The notes under the pieces were generated by a model. It saw nothing but the letters and a program-made list of their open reading frames with translations, had not been told where the DNA came from and ran no database searches. Positions 27,955-42,898 of a DNA stretch of 64,000 nt are shown here, one piece after another (position 1 is the stretch's first letter; the number at the start of each line of letters is the position of its first letter). Location: NCBI GenBank assembly GCA_951406725.2, contig OX597814.1:82212001-82276000 (forward strand). Direction: 5' to 3'. The DNA comes from Octopus vulgaris (taxonomy: Eukaryota). Both the position numbers and the translations under genes were made by a program.

Positions 27955-29838
27955 CTTCTAAGATTTAAATATCTGAAGTATTTCGGAAGTTGTGTTGATG
28001 ACCCTAATATAAACGACATTACAGAATCATCATCGTCGTCATCATTATCCTCATCTTCATCATCATTATCTTCATCTTCATCATTATTCATTATCATGAA
28101 CATATTCACCATCCTCAACGCTGCAATCTCAGTAGAATATTTGCTGAAGTTGTACTAAGTACAGACAGAAGCGAAAAATACAGGGTGCTCTTCGTAATTT
28201 TCGCCATGCAAAAACAGTCTCGACTGAATATTTAAGTAAATAAACAATTCCCAGAAAGAAAAACTTCAGAGATTTTATAATGACAACTTATATTCATGCA
28301 TGCGGAAGAAATACGACTCATGCGTGCAGCCAACTACCGTTCCAAATTCTGACCTTATCGGAGGATACCTTTCCTAATTCTGACCTTATCGGAGGATCAC
28401 AGTGGATAATGTAGTCCTAAATGACTGTCAGAATATGAAAGACGGGATGGCTATAGCTTAAACGTCTTTGATCACTGATCACTCGATTAAAACTGTGATG
28501 ATACTGAATAACAAGTTTCAACAGCAATATTCATTGTTTCACTCAGCAATATGACAATTTCTTTTCCCTGCCATTTTGTTTGCATCGAAAGAAAATTGCC
28601 ACCATCATTTTTTAAAAAATTGTTTTTGATAAAATTATTAATGTATGTTTATCGTCTTCCAAAACGTCGTATTTTTCAGTATTGTTTTTTTTTTTTTCCT
28701 TCTAAAAAACGCTAAAAAAATAATCATTCATCATATACTCTGTACAATATTTCTAATTTTCGATAACCCAACCAAAAAACTCTAGTCGATATAGAAGCTG
28801 TTAACGAAATCAAAACAAAAAGAAAAAAGGTGTTGCACGCTTCTATTACAGCCAATGTCTCAGTGTTTTTTTTTTATTTTATCTATATTTATATATATAT
28901 ATATATTTTATTATTATTTGGAAATCCAACCTCAGTCAAGATTATGAATTCCTAAGTTAAGCTATTAAAAAGAAAAGAGAGAGGAGGAAAGAGAGAGAGA
29001 GGAAATAAAAGAGAATGAAATACAGACATACATATATGTATGTATGTATTTATACACACACACACAAAGAGAGAGAGAGAGAAAAGGGCACAGATTTGAA
29101 AGTTCGTATTTTATTGTATCCTATCTTTCATAAGAGCACACACACACGCATGCACACACATACACACACACACTCATACACACACATGTATGCACAGTTA
29201 TTTCTGAGTACTTATAAAATGCATGTGAGTGCGTGCATGTGTACTGGTAAAAATGAAAAGAAGTAACCACTATGGAATGATCAGTATCAAATTAATACCA
29301 ATATAAACATTTACTAAAAGGCAATGTTTATAAATCGTGCTAGTGAGAGACGTTTATTTAATTTTATTATAAGTATATTGCTTATAATAAAATAAAGTAT
29401 TTTACTTTATATTTTTACCTACGAAAATGGTCGGCTTAAACTTTCATTCATATATGTATGTCTAAATACGTTACTTCCAATCCATGATGGTGCTAAATGA
29501 AATCGCCAAACGCAGATGATCCACCATGGCGCCCACTTCCATCATCAGTATCATCACTACAAATGCCATCGCTAACATTATCACCCTTTCTCTCACTACC
29601 GCCTGTACTATCACTTCTTCTAAAGTTATTTTAAATACGAAACTAACCAAAAAAATATTATTATTCTTCCTGTAATAATCATAATACCAAAATTAACAGT
29701 TTCTAGTTATTTAGCAACCATTTTCGTCATGTTCGCCATTATAATCTTCTATGTGGCCAGCATTTTCTTCACTGCTCGCAAATGTTGTTCTCATTGTCAT
29801 TATTATTGTCGTAATCATCATCATCATCATCATCATCC

Positions 29839-29909
<71 letters not shown>

Positions 29910-29993
29910 GCCGTCGTCGTCGTCGTGTGTATTAGTTTACGTCACAGCAGATTGACCTGCCCATTAGTAGTAGTAATATACAAGATGTGTGTA

Positions 29994-30372
29994 AGGCGAC
30001 GAGCTGGCAGAAACGTTAGCACGCCGGGCGAAATGCATAGCCGTATTTCGTCTGCCGTTACGTTCTGAGTTCAAATTCCGCCGAGGTCGACTTTGCCTTT
30101 CATCCTCTCGGGGTCGATAAATTAAGTACCAGTTACGCACTGGAGTCGATGTAATCGTCTTAATCCGTTTGTCTGTCCTTGTTTGTCCCCCCTGTGTTTA
30201 GCTCCTTGTGGGTAGTAAAGAAATAGGTATTTCATTTGTCTTTACGTCCTGAGTTTAAATTCCGCCGAGGTCGACTTTGCCTTTCATCGATAAATTAAGT
30301 TGCGTACTGAGGTCGATTTAATCGACTGCCCTCTCCCCAAAAATTTTGGGCCTTGTGCCTAGAGTAGCAACG
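29994..30372 (+). mobile_element. Family C SINE (dimeric) with ~19 bp TSD
   Basis: GGCGACGAGCTGGCAGAA head and GCCTTTCATCCT..CGGGGTCGATAAA domain. TSD at 29975-29993 and 30373-30391 (2 mismatches). Other copies start near 17129, 25597, 31497, 35947, 62993, 63455 (+) and 44185, 50740 (-). Confidence 0.85.
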
Positions 30373-31868
30373 AATATACAACATGTGTATAGAGAGGGGG
30401 AGAAAGGGGAGAGTGAGTGAGTGACTGAGAGAGAGAGAAATATCGACTATTCTGCCTTTCCTTTACAATGTATGTGACTTTGTACAAATGAGAGCACTCA
30501 TTATTATCAGCACAAACAATTGAGATAAGATAGCTAAACAGCCGAACTAAACAGGCCACAGTATTTAACTGAGCAGCCCCAACAATCTAAGTGCAGATCT
30601 TGTCCAGGGATATGACTCCACCTTTTATTGATCCTCGTTTGAGTCCACATTTGAGTCTACATTCGACTTCCTTCAAAGAGTTATACATGTTTCTATAATG
30701 AAATCGTTATTATCATGATACATTGTATGTTCATCAGGTCAACGAACAAGTTTGACTATTTCTTTGATAGGCTCTCACTACTTAAATCGGTTTAGAATAG
30801 TTCCCATTATTGCTATCTATATAAGCTATTCGCTTGTGTAGTTTTACGTCATCGACCAACTGTCGATGCTATTTCCCACGTTGACATTGTATGTAACTTT
30901 GAATAAAATGTTGGAAATTATCACCAGTAAAAAACACATAGAATAGCCGAGTTGAAGAAACAGCAGGCCAGAAGCTGGCTAAAGACCAGGAGTCGAATTT
31001 GTCTTCCCTCACCGTACTCCAACAACCTCAATAAGAATTAGTTGTGTCCTAGAATTAATTCCATCTGTTCTGTTCTGTGCAAATATGTAGGAAATATTTG
31101 CTTTCATTGCACACAGCAATGAACATGACCATGACAAGAAGATGGCTGCGATCAAAATGCTTTAATATTTTCACAGTTTTGTACTTCGTTGTTGGTGTCA
31201 ATCTTGGCTTTCTATTCACTTGTTTTGCGGAAAGGGAGCATTGATAAATAACTAAATGTGTCTGCAATACAGAATGAAGTGAGGTAGAGCGATTCAATAG
31301 GGTTAGTTGCAAATTCCAAATATCGATCAAAGGAATTGTTCATTACTTTTAATGCCGCTTGATATCTCACCTCCCACTTTTAGACAAAGATGACATTCAA
31401 CACCACGATCGTCGTTGATATCAGCAGCATCATCATCTCATCATCATTACTATTAAAATTATTGTTGTTGTCCTCAGCAACGGAGAATGGGGTGGGGGTT
31501 GGCAGAAATCGTAAGAGCATTGAACAAAATGGCCTGCAGTGTGTGTTGCAGCTTCTTACGTTCTGAGCGCAAATTCTACTGAAGTCAACTTTGCCTTTCA
31601 TACTACCAATGTCGATGTTGATCTATATTCCATTAATACACACTAAATGTGAATGAAATTATGTTAGAAAGCATCGGTAATATTTTCATTCTATTTTAAA
31701 AAGAAATTCTGAACCTGTTACCATCAACTCTCACTTCCAGCATGCTTAATTTTGTACCAATTAAATCATTAGTTTTATGTCCGTGGAGACATAAAACTAA
31801 TGTCCGTCATAGACTGTCGTCAGATATATATACACATACATACATACATACATACATACATACATACA

Positions 31869-31963
<95 letters not shown>

Positions 31964-32128
31964 AGATGTTCGTAGAGGAAGTCAAGACAATCCAGCTAAT
32001 TAGCTACAGTGCAATTTTGGACTAGCCTTTTTTTTGTTCACTTTGCTCTCATAATTTTTTCTTACAATCGGCGTCATGTCTTCTTATTCACATGAGCACA
32101 CACACACTCAAACATATACACACAAGTA

Positions 32129-32166
<38 letters not shown>

Positions 32167-32334
32167 TACACACACACTCTCTCTCTTTTACACTCTCTGT
32201 CCCTCCCTCTATCTCACACTCTTACACACACGTCTGTGTGCGTATGAGGTGGCGGTGAATGTATGTATATAGCCGTGGGCAGGCTATGTGATAGAAAAGT
32301 TCATTTCACAACTACTTGATTCTGGGTTTGACCA

Positions 32335-32442
<108 letters not shown>

Positions 32443-32556
32443 ACATCACACACGCACACAGATACACACACCTTAAGCACATTCTGTTCGTAGTCTCGAA
32501 TAAGTCCAAACGTAGAGAGTGAAATTTGGGAGACCGAAATTCTATGGAAGCCTGCC

Positions 32557-32625
<69 letters not shown>

Positions 32626-32943
32626 CCAATACGTCCTTATTTTGCAAGTCGGATGACCAAATCGAGGCTCTCGCGTTCGCTCGCTACTGCTTCTTTTATC
32701 GATCTGGTGGAATTTTAACATAAAGTGACGAAGCTAAATAAAGAAAACTATTTAGACCGCAGTCCTACAGTGATCGATAAAATAAAAACCAGTATTATGT
32801 TCGAGTTTACTCAGTCGACTACATCTCCCTTCCCTCGCAAAAAATTGATCGCATCTCGTCAAAAGGAATGAATTCAATATAAGTAATAAGGACAGTGAAT
32901 TCTACTGAGACGGTAATAATCAAACTAGTTTCACTCGTCTTAG

Positions 32944-33355
32944 TTTCAAAGTAAAGTTCGCTGAGAAAGCCTTAGGATGTGATCTTCCCCCATCATTTTT
33001 AGTTTCAAATTGACTTTCGCTGAGATAGTATTACACTAATTGATCTCACTCACCTTTAAACTCTTTCAGTTTTAAAGTGAAGTTCGTTGAAACAGCATTG
33101 CAATTTGTGATCTCCTCCTATTTTTAACTTTAAATTGAGGTTCGCTGAGACAGCAGTACAATATGTGATCTCACGCCCGCTTCATGGTTTCAAAGTAAAG
33201 TTCGCTGAGACAGCATTACAATGTGATCTCAACCCGCTATCCCTTTTTGTTTCAGAATGAACTTCACTGAAACAGCATTACATTATGTGATCTCACACCC
33301 TTTTCTCGATTTCAAATTGACGTTCGCAAAGACAGTATTACAATATCTAGTCTAA
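32944..33355. repeat. Degenerate minisatellite, 7 units of 59-67 bp
   Basis: Core TTTCAAA..AAGTTCGCTGAGACAGCATTACAAT..GTGATCTC starting at 32944, 33003, 33070, 33129, 33188, 33250 and 33310. Confidence 0.85.
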
Positions 33356-35000
33356 ACTTACATAACGAACCCGCCGATGTCATCTTTTCCTCTATGTCAC
33401 ATCTAAGTTAAATGAAATTTAAGCACCAATGAGTACCAGCCACATAGTCAGAGATATTCAGTCGTTTATACCCCAAGTTTTCTAGGAAACTTTATAATCT
33501 TGTCTAACTATTTTGTAATTGTTAACATTATTACACTTAGCATCACCGCCACTATTGTCATCATGATCATTTTTTTTTATCGTCATCATTATCATCATCA
33601 TCATCATCTCATAATTTCTGCTATCATCAACTGTACCAGCGTTTATGCGTGTGTGAGTGCGATTATGTATGTATGTATGTATGTATGTATGTATGTACAC
33701 ACACACATACACACACTGACCTTGAAGCCGTTCTTCGGGCTCACTCCTGTGGAGGACATCTTTGAGGCCTTCGCGATCCATTTTCCCTTTTTTTTTTTTT
33801 TTTTCATTTTATTCTGACGATGAAAATTTGCGACACTTTCACAAAGTTATATGTGCTTCCACATTCACTGTAGTAATTAATTCAATTCATATTTTTAGAC
33901 TTGAACCTCCATTCGTACTAAGCAAGTGAAATATATGACTATCATAGCTATCATAATGTTTCTATCACTTCACCATTTCCCCAAAAATTTTTAAATGTGT
34001 TTGAGATAAAATGAATATGATCCATTTCATCTCAGTCTCATTCTATTTTCTATTACAAATCTTTAGGGAGGTACTGTAACCAGAACAAGAAGATTAGTTT
34101 TTCACCAACACATAAGTTTCATAAACTACAAGATATAAATATCCATACTGCGACACTTGAAACGTACCTATTATAACTCTTTATCTCGAATTGAATGTAT
34201 GTGAAGGTATTTAGAATGCTCAAACCTATTTCTGCAAATGTGCTAAGCACTGATGCTGATCATAGTTTAATCAATAAACGTAGGAGTGAGGTAAATGCAA
34301 TAAAAATAAGGGGTCAGTGGGGTTCCATTTAAGTGGCCTTTCAGAAATTGAACCTCCTAACGATATTCCCTGGGAGTTCATGGTATGAAATCCATTGTCA
34401 TTGCTCCGATTTGGTCACCAATGCCATGTATTTTGTTTAAAATGGGGTTCAGCGGGGCTCCAATTATGCAGCCCTTAAAAAAATAGGCTCCCTTGGGACA
34501 TTCTCTGGGATTAGGGGAGTTGCTGGTCTGAGTATCGTTGTCCTTGCACCAACGATTTAAGAAGAGTTAACAAACATAAAAACGTAACGGACAGAGAATT
34601 TTAATTTATTTAAAGATATATAACTCTTCATCTACGCGGCCACAACGCTGTATATAATCAAACATTAATTTGGCGTACTGTTTTATGTTGTTATTTTTAC
34701 ATTTAAAAAATTTCTCTCTCTCTCTCTCTTTTCTCTCTCCCCCTCTCTCTCACTCTTTCTCTTCTCATATATAAGAGCGTATGCTTTTGTTTTGTCTTGC
34801 ATTTACCCAGCAAGTATTTGAGAAATCGTAATGTGATGTATCATTGTGCCCTTTAAAATGATCTCTAATAATTCAAGATAGGAAAGAAACCAAGAAAGAA
34901 GAAAACTAAGTTTTCAAATATTTATATTCTCACAGATTATCATCCTCCTCATCCTCCTTCATCATCAGCAGCATCATTAGTAGTAGTAATGGCATTATTA

Positions 35001-35053
<53 letters not shown>

Positions 35054-35230
35054 TCTTTTCACATTCAGTCACAAAGATCCATCACAATACGCCATTATTT
35101 ATTGTCATTATAACTCACATTATCAAATGATCATTTCATTTGTCTTAATATTTTTCTACTTTAGCTTTTTTATAACGTTGTTATAACATTGTATTTTATA
35201 ACTTTATTATCATCATCATCATCATCATCA

Positions 35231-35298
<68 letters not shown>

Positions 35299-35455
35299 GT
35301 TGTTGTTGTAGAAACACGTATTTTTATATATTTCCACATAAGACGAAAAAAGCAATTGAAAATAGTAAGTTTAGAATAGCAGATAGCATCGTCAAACAAC
35401 ATACAAATTATATTAACATCCAACCATCATGGATATGTATGTATGTATGCATGTA

Positions 35456-35524
<69 letters not shown>

Positions 35525-35544
35525 GGATATGTATGTATGTATGC

Positions 35545-35602
<58 letters not shown>

Positions 35603-35839
35603 ATATATATATATATACACACACATACACACATATATAAACGTTTTAGTTACTGTTTGTTTTTACTATTTTTATTTTTATTGATCTCGTTCGAATTTTT
35701 TTTCGTGCCAGCTGCTATGTCACTCAGGGCAACTAATGTCAAACAAAATTTGTTTTCACTTAAATATTAAGAAAAAGAGGAAGAGAAAGAAATAATGAAA
35801 TACACCAGCTCATTTTTAACATTTTCTTTGTTGTTGTTG

Positions 35840-35900
<61 letters not shown>

Positions 35901-37306
35901 CATCATCATCATCATCATCATTATTATCATCATCTTCATAATTTTCAAGGCGGTGAGCTGGCAGAATCGTTAGGACACCAGACAAAATGCTTAGCGGCAT
36001 TTCTTCCTGTTCTATACGTTCAGGGCTCAAATCCCGCCGATGTCAACTTTTGCTTTCATATTAACGGAGTCGATAAAATAAAGTACTGGAGTCGATAAAA
36101 TCGTCTTAACTTCTTTCCACTAAAATTATTGGCCTTGTGCCAAAATTTGAAACCATTATTATTATCATTTTTAAAAAGAAATAAAAGCAAAATATTTAAT
36201 TTATAAAAATCAGATTTGGTTTTATTATTGTTGATGTTGTTGCTGTTTCAGATGTAAACATTACGATGCGACTAGATTCAGTAATACATACACGCATTTA
36301 CACAATACATATATGTGCTTACACACACACACACACACACACACACACTCATACATACATACATACACACACACATACATACATACATTCGTACATACGT
36401 ACATACGTACATACATACGTACATACGTACATACATACATACATACATACATACATACATACATACATACATACATACATACATACATACATACATAGAA
36501 GGAGTTTTCGTCAACTGACGTAATGTAATAGGAATGTACTATGGGTATTCAATTTGGTTCATTATTAAAACTCCAGCTTGAACTGCAACTAAAAAGTGCG
36601 GTGTTGAGACTGCCTATCGAAAGCAGCTAGAAGTAGTTTCTCCTTGAGCGGGTGGGTATAGAGGAAAATAAAAAGGGAAAGATCAAAGTATTTGACATTA
36701 ATCGAAAAAAACCCCATTTAATTAGAGAATATAAACATATATATCTCTTAAAGCTGTTTCTAGAATAACAAAGTATATAAATTATGATATTGAGTAAGGA
36801 TTCCATAAGCTGAGTATACCGTCATCAGAAAGGGAGAAGTCAGAGAAATGTAAAAATGAAGAAAAATCACCAATCGAGGATATTAGTACATTCCAGTTTG
36901 TCAAAAATGAAAGAAGGACCAGAGGGAAATTGATATGTATTGCGCAGTTCCATGATCAAATAAATGATAAAGTTATAAATCCGGTCCATTGGCAGTTTCA
37001 AATGAGATTGCTTGATGATAATCCTTGGCAAGGAATAGTGGAAGTTATCAATTCCATTTTTGAATTGAGAATGAGTTGGGATTGAGTTGGAATATTATAC
37101 TATAGTGTGGAGGAAAGACAAAATGGTAGGTGTACTAAAGTAGATATATAGTAGTTTGTAACGTGGTGGCATGTTTGTTGAAAGTGGTTAGGGGGTGCAT
37201 ATATATAAACAGATAGATAAAGGAATGTATATTCTCTAGCTAAATTAAATGGGGTTTTTTTTCCAGTAATGCCAAATGTTTTGCTTTTTCATTTTTTATT
37301 TTAATC

Positions 37307-37339
<33 letters not shown>

Positions 37340-37346
37340 GTATATG

Positions 37347-37466
<120 letters not shown>

Positions 37467-37482
37467 TACATTTATATTATTA

Positions 37483-39548
37483 CTAGCAGAGTTACTACCC
37501 GTTTTTGCCCGTGTCACATGGAATTGAAGAATTAGACTTTTCTCTAATGAACTGGAATACCTACGATTCGAATTTCATCAAAATTGCAGTTGAAGAACTT
37601 TAATGAGGGTTCTTTCCCTCTTTACACACCAAAGCAAAAATTTTAATTATGACATATTTATCCCATACTACTCTTCCTTATGCCCAGGTTCCAAAATCCA
37701 AATCTTATGAAACCTATTCAAAGGATTTTGCTCCTGAAAAATGGAGTACATGGTGCACATGGAGCTCTGAAATGTGGGAGTTAAGGCCCCTGTTGGGGTG
37801 GGGTCTTAATGTTAGCCAGAGAAGTTGAATTGTTGGAAATCTTCTTAACTTGGGTCTTTTATCTATTGTTCAAATTTCTTTGAAATCGGAAATATATGTA
37901 TGTTCACTGAGTTTGTAAAAGAGAGCAAAACTACAGGAATCCAAAAGACGAATGATCACAATAAGCAGTCAGCTACCCTACCCTAGTCGTTCCCACACCC
38001 CAATGTAGGATTCCTCACCACACAGGTGACGGGCACAGCTGTAAGATGCATTACGGATCTATAGCAATTGGAAGGGTGTGACCCAACTCAAATAAACATT
38101 AACAACTGTGTGATGTGAGGGCTAAGGAGAAATGAAAGTGTTACCTCTGGAGTTTGCCAATGTTCACTATGCCGATAGGTAACTGGGCATAATAAATTTG
38201 CAATGTATTTCTTTGAGTAACCAGTCACTTATCTGAAAAAGCCTTGAAATCGATGTTACCATCTGGGGACTATCTCTGACTTAGTGATAATAAAAAGACT
38301 CAAAGAAGGTCTGCAACCAAATAATTTTACTCAACACTTTGCAACTGAATCAAAGGAAGCAAAGGTATCTCTCCTTTACTTGATAATTAATGCACCACAT
38401 TGCAGAAATCACAATCTAAGTATCTAAGTATATCTCAAAGCAAAGTCTTACACTGTTGTACTATTGAATTACAAACAACGTTCATCTTGTATGCTCGGGT
38501 AACCCTACAGCTTCCAAGAGTACAATTGTGTTCGTCTTGGCTTAGGAAAACTGACTAAATTGTGGTGATTAAGCCCCCATTAAGGTGTCTTACTAACTCT
38601 TAAGAAGTTGAAATTTTAGAAATATTATTTCATTTGTATGTAATATCTATGGTTAAAATTTCATCAACAGCAAAAATATATGAATTTTCATGGGGGTTAT
38701 AGCCTCATTTATGCCCCCTCACTTTCAAATATATACTGCATTACATCTGTCCTTATGCATAGAATATAATTTCCAAATTTCATAAAGATCCATTCAGTAT
38801 TTTTGACCTAGTTTTGGATCATACCAAATGACTAAAATTTGGGAGTTAAGGCCCCCATTAGGGGGTCTTAGAATCCTCATGAGAAGCGGAGACTTTGGGA
38901 ATACTTTTTGATGTGTGTCAATTACCTATGGTTGAAATTTCATTAACATCGGAAATTTATGAATTTTCATGCGGGGTTCTGCCCCCTTTAAGCTATCTCA
39001 AATTCAAATCAAACATGCTGCATTATACCTGCCCTTATGCATTGAATCTAAGTTCCAAATATCATAAGGATCCATTCAGTAATTTTGGTCCATGAAATTG
39101 TATGAAACATACAGCATTACCTTCCTCCCTAAGCTTGATAGATACAGCTGAGTGGGCAAACAAAAATATGAGACACTGCCCTGAAGAATTTTTTGTCGAA
39201 TGAATCGACCCCAGTGCTTTTTTTTTTTATTTTTGATAAGTCCGGCACTATTCTATTAGTCTCTTCTCGTCAAATCAGTAAGTTAAGGGGATGTAAATAA
39301 ACCAACAGCAGTTGTCAAGCAGTCATGAGAGAGAAACACAGACACAAAGGCACACACATACATTTACATATATACATACATACATACATACATACATACA
39401 TACATACATACATACATACATACATACATACATACATACATACGAAGGCATATATATATATACAATATATATATATAGAAATATATAAAACAAGTCTTTA
39501 ACGTTTATACGCTCTTACAGAAAGATATACAGTATATATACACATATA

Positions 39549-39605
<57 letters not shown>

Positions 39606-39811
39606 TGGTTTCTTTCTGTTTCTGTCTACGAAATCCACTCAGAAGGCTTTGGTTGGTCTGATGCTATAGCAGAAGACACATGCCAACTTACCACACAGTG
39701 GGATTGAACCCAGGACCGTGTGTTTTGGAACCAAGTTTCTTACCACACAGCCACCCCTGCATCCATATGTGTGCGTGTATGTATATGCATATATGTATGT
39801 TTATATGTATG

Positions 39812-39859
<48 letters not shown>

Positions 39860-39992
39860 TGTATATATGTGAACATATTACATATACTACATCTATATAT
39901 ATACATATATAAACATATAAATCTATATATATATATATATACATGTATGTATATACATCTATATATATACATCTATATATATATGTATAATC

Positions 39993-40050
<58 letters not shown>

Positions 40051-40411
40051 TATATGTATGTATACATAACTGTATGCTTGTATGTATATGAGATAATAGT
40101 TTCACTTTAATAGTTCCAGTATTAATAGTGAAACTTATTAAAGTGAAAGTATCTGACATTACAATAGAGAGATGTTATTGTTTCACTTTTGACACGTAAT
40201 ACTGAAATAGTGGAAGAGATAAGAGATTGCTCTGGGCTCGCATTAGGCAAGGCGTTGAACATTTTTGTGGCCCATGACACTACATGGACCCTAAGTAAGG
40301 CATGTGTAAAATGTGAATGAAATCGGTTTTGTAGTTTTTGAGTTTTAGGGATTCATACAGACAGACACACACATCCACATTCATCCACATTCTCATTTTT
40401 ATATAGAGAGA
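37483..40411 (-). mobile_element. Non-autonomous Helitron-like element with internal repeats and a nested SINE
   Basis: Minus strand starts TCTCTCTATATAAAAATGAG with (CTGT)n and a CCGATTTCA motif, and ends CGGGCAAAAACGGGT...CTAG|T. Internal repeats start near 37777, 38563 and 38841. Confidence 0.65.
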
Positions 40412-42163
40412 TATACATACATATATAGACATATGCATATAAGCTTACACACACACACACACACACTCACAAGCGCACGTGCGAGCGTGTTTATTACAAA
40501 AATTAACTAACAGAAAAACTAATGACATGAATTTGGACAGCAAAGACGTAATACAATTCTATATAACGTCTTGGTCTGTTTACCAAGATAACGAAAAACA
40601 AAAGTCTGGTGAAAATTGAGACCAACTCTAAATGAGAAAGTGAAATAACGCCATGAATTAAGAATTCCATTGTTATACGTACCTTTAAAGAAAAGACCAT
40701 TTGTTTCTACTGGATGTAAGAAGATAGTTGTTGACATGTGTTTTTACCCCCAGTATACGTCCTCAGCACCACAGATATCCTATTTTGACTGCAATGAACA
40801 TTAAAGAGTACAAGAGTAGAGGAGATTTATGGCATTAGGTAATTTGCATAATTATAACAAATATGAGTTACGGGAAATGATTTAGAGTAGTTACTGGCAT
40901 CAATTTGGACAACAAAATGGATGAAGAAATATTAAATACCGTACATGATAAATACTTTCTAATATCGGGTCTAGTCATTTTTTAATACGTTCTAGCAGGT
41001 TCGAATGTGAATATCTAGTCTCTTCTTTTTCGCCATCGGAGAGCACCTCCTCCCTTTAAACTCTGTGTGTTCATAACTTACGCGATTCACAGTGTTTCGA
41101 CCTCATTGCCTGTCTCCTCGGTCAAATTTACTCCGTCAGACCGATGACGCTTAACAATAGCAATCAGATAGCCATGTTAGAATCTGCCAGAAGGTGTTGG
41201 AATATAAGCCTTGAACTCAGGACAGGGTGGAATATAAGCCTTGAACTCAGATACGCGAATCGAAAGATAATGTCATACATTGAGACCTATTATTTGTTTC
41301 GTTCCCACCCAATTCAAAGCCGTAATAAAATATATAATATATTGAGACACGAATTAAAACCAGACTATATCTTTAGAATTACATTAAGAGTACACGTGTC
41401 TGTGGAATGGTCAGCTACTTGAACGTTAATTAAACGATTACACTGTTCGTTAATCAAACAGTGGGAACACACATCATCGAATCCAACAGAGGTCAATATT
41501 TCTTTTTAGATAGAGAATACAATTTCACTAATGATCTGATGTCATTGATATTTTCAAGATCCTTAATGGCATCATTAACCGCTTGCTACTTGTATAGCTT
41601 TAAAATTACGCATCCAGAAAAAAAATATGAAGAGCTATTGCGAATCGGGGTTACTGATTAGAAAAGGTCGTCAGAAAATCTCAACAACTTTACTCTAACT
41701 CTGCGCCATATGACAGCTGTTGTTTGTTTTAAGGGGAGGAGGAAAAGGGATGATACGATCAATGATGCACGTAAAATCCCGTGACATCATTATCGATTTC
41801 ATGATGAAATCTATAATAGGTCAACACTGATAGAGTAGATCAGTGATCAAATATATTCTGTCACCGGCCTCTCTTTCTCTGTTAGGATATATCCAGGATG
41901 ATATTACCCAATGTATGCTTCCTCTTTTAAGATAGTGTGTTGTGATTTGCGGGGGGATTTGGTTGCTATTTCTAACAAGTCGAGAGGCTTCTTTATTGGT
42001 TCATGTACAACGTGAAGATGCATTACATAACTAGGGTAGAGAGGACAGGGATTTTATGCTGGAAAACCACATAGAAGTTAACTGACATCTGACAATGTGA
42101 CATTAAACCATCAGATATAGCCAAATTTCAATTTATATTGCTAAATGTATCAATATGTATAAT

Positions 42164-42777
42164 CTTTTCTACTATAGGCACAAGGCCTGAAATTTTGGGG
42201 AGGGGACTACTCGATTACATCGACCCCAGTATTTCACTGGTACATAATTCATCGACCCCGAAAGGATGAAAGGTAAAGTCGACCTCGGCGGAATTTGGAC
42301 TCAGAACGTAGCAGCAGACGAAATACTGCTAAGCATTTAGCTCGACGTGCTAACGATTCTTATTTCTTTATTGCCCACAAGGGGCTAAACATAGAGGGGA
42401 TAAACAAGGACAGACAAACGGATTAAGTCGATTATATCGACCCCAGTGCGTAACTGGTACTTAATTTATCGACCCCGAAAGGATGAAAGGCAAAGTCGAC
42501 CTCGGAGGAATTTGAACTCAAAACGTAGCGGCAGACGAAATACCTATTTCTTTACTACCCACAAGGGGCTAAACACAGAGGGGACGAACAAGGACAGACA
42601 AACGGATTAAGTCGATTAGATCGACCCCAGTGCGTAACTGGTACTTATTTAATCGACCCCGAAAGGATGAAAGGCAAAGTCGACCGCGGAGGAATTTGAA
42701 CTCAAAACGTAGCGACAGACGAAATACTGCTAAGCATTTCGCCCGGCGTGCTAACGTTTCTGCCAGCTCGCCGCCTT
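42164..42777 (-). mobile_element. Family C SINE (trimeric) with perfect 16 bp TSD
   Basis: TATCAATATGTATAAT at 42148-42163 and 42778-42793; internal unit of about 184 bp repeated. Confidence 0.9.
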
Positions 42778-42826
42778 TATCAATATGTATAATACGCTAC
42801 ATGTCTTTGTGCAGCGTGCATGTGTG

Positions 42827-42898
<72 letters not shown>

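Noticed and set aside
32944-33355. CRISPR-like repeat-spacer appearance
   Set aside because: Eukaryotic context, degenerate repeats, very short linkers and no cas genes.
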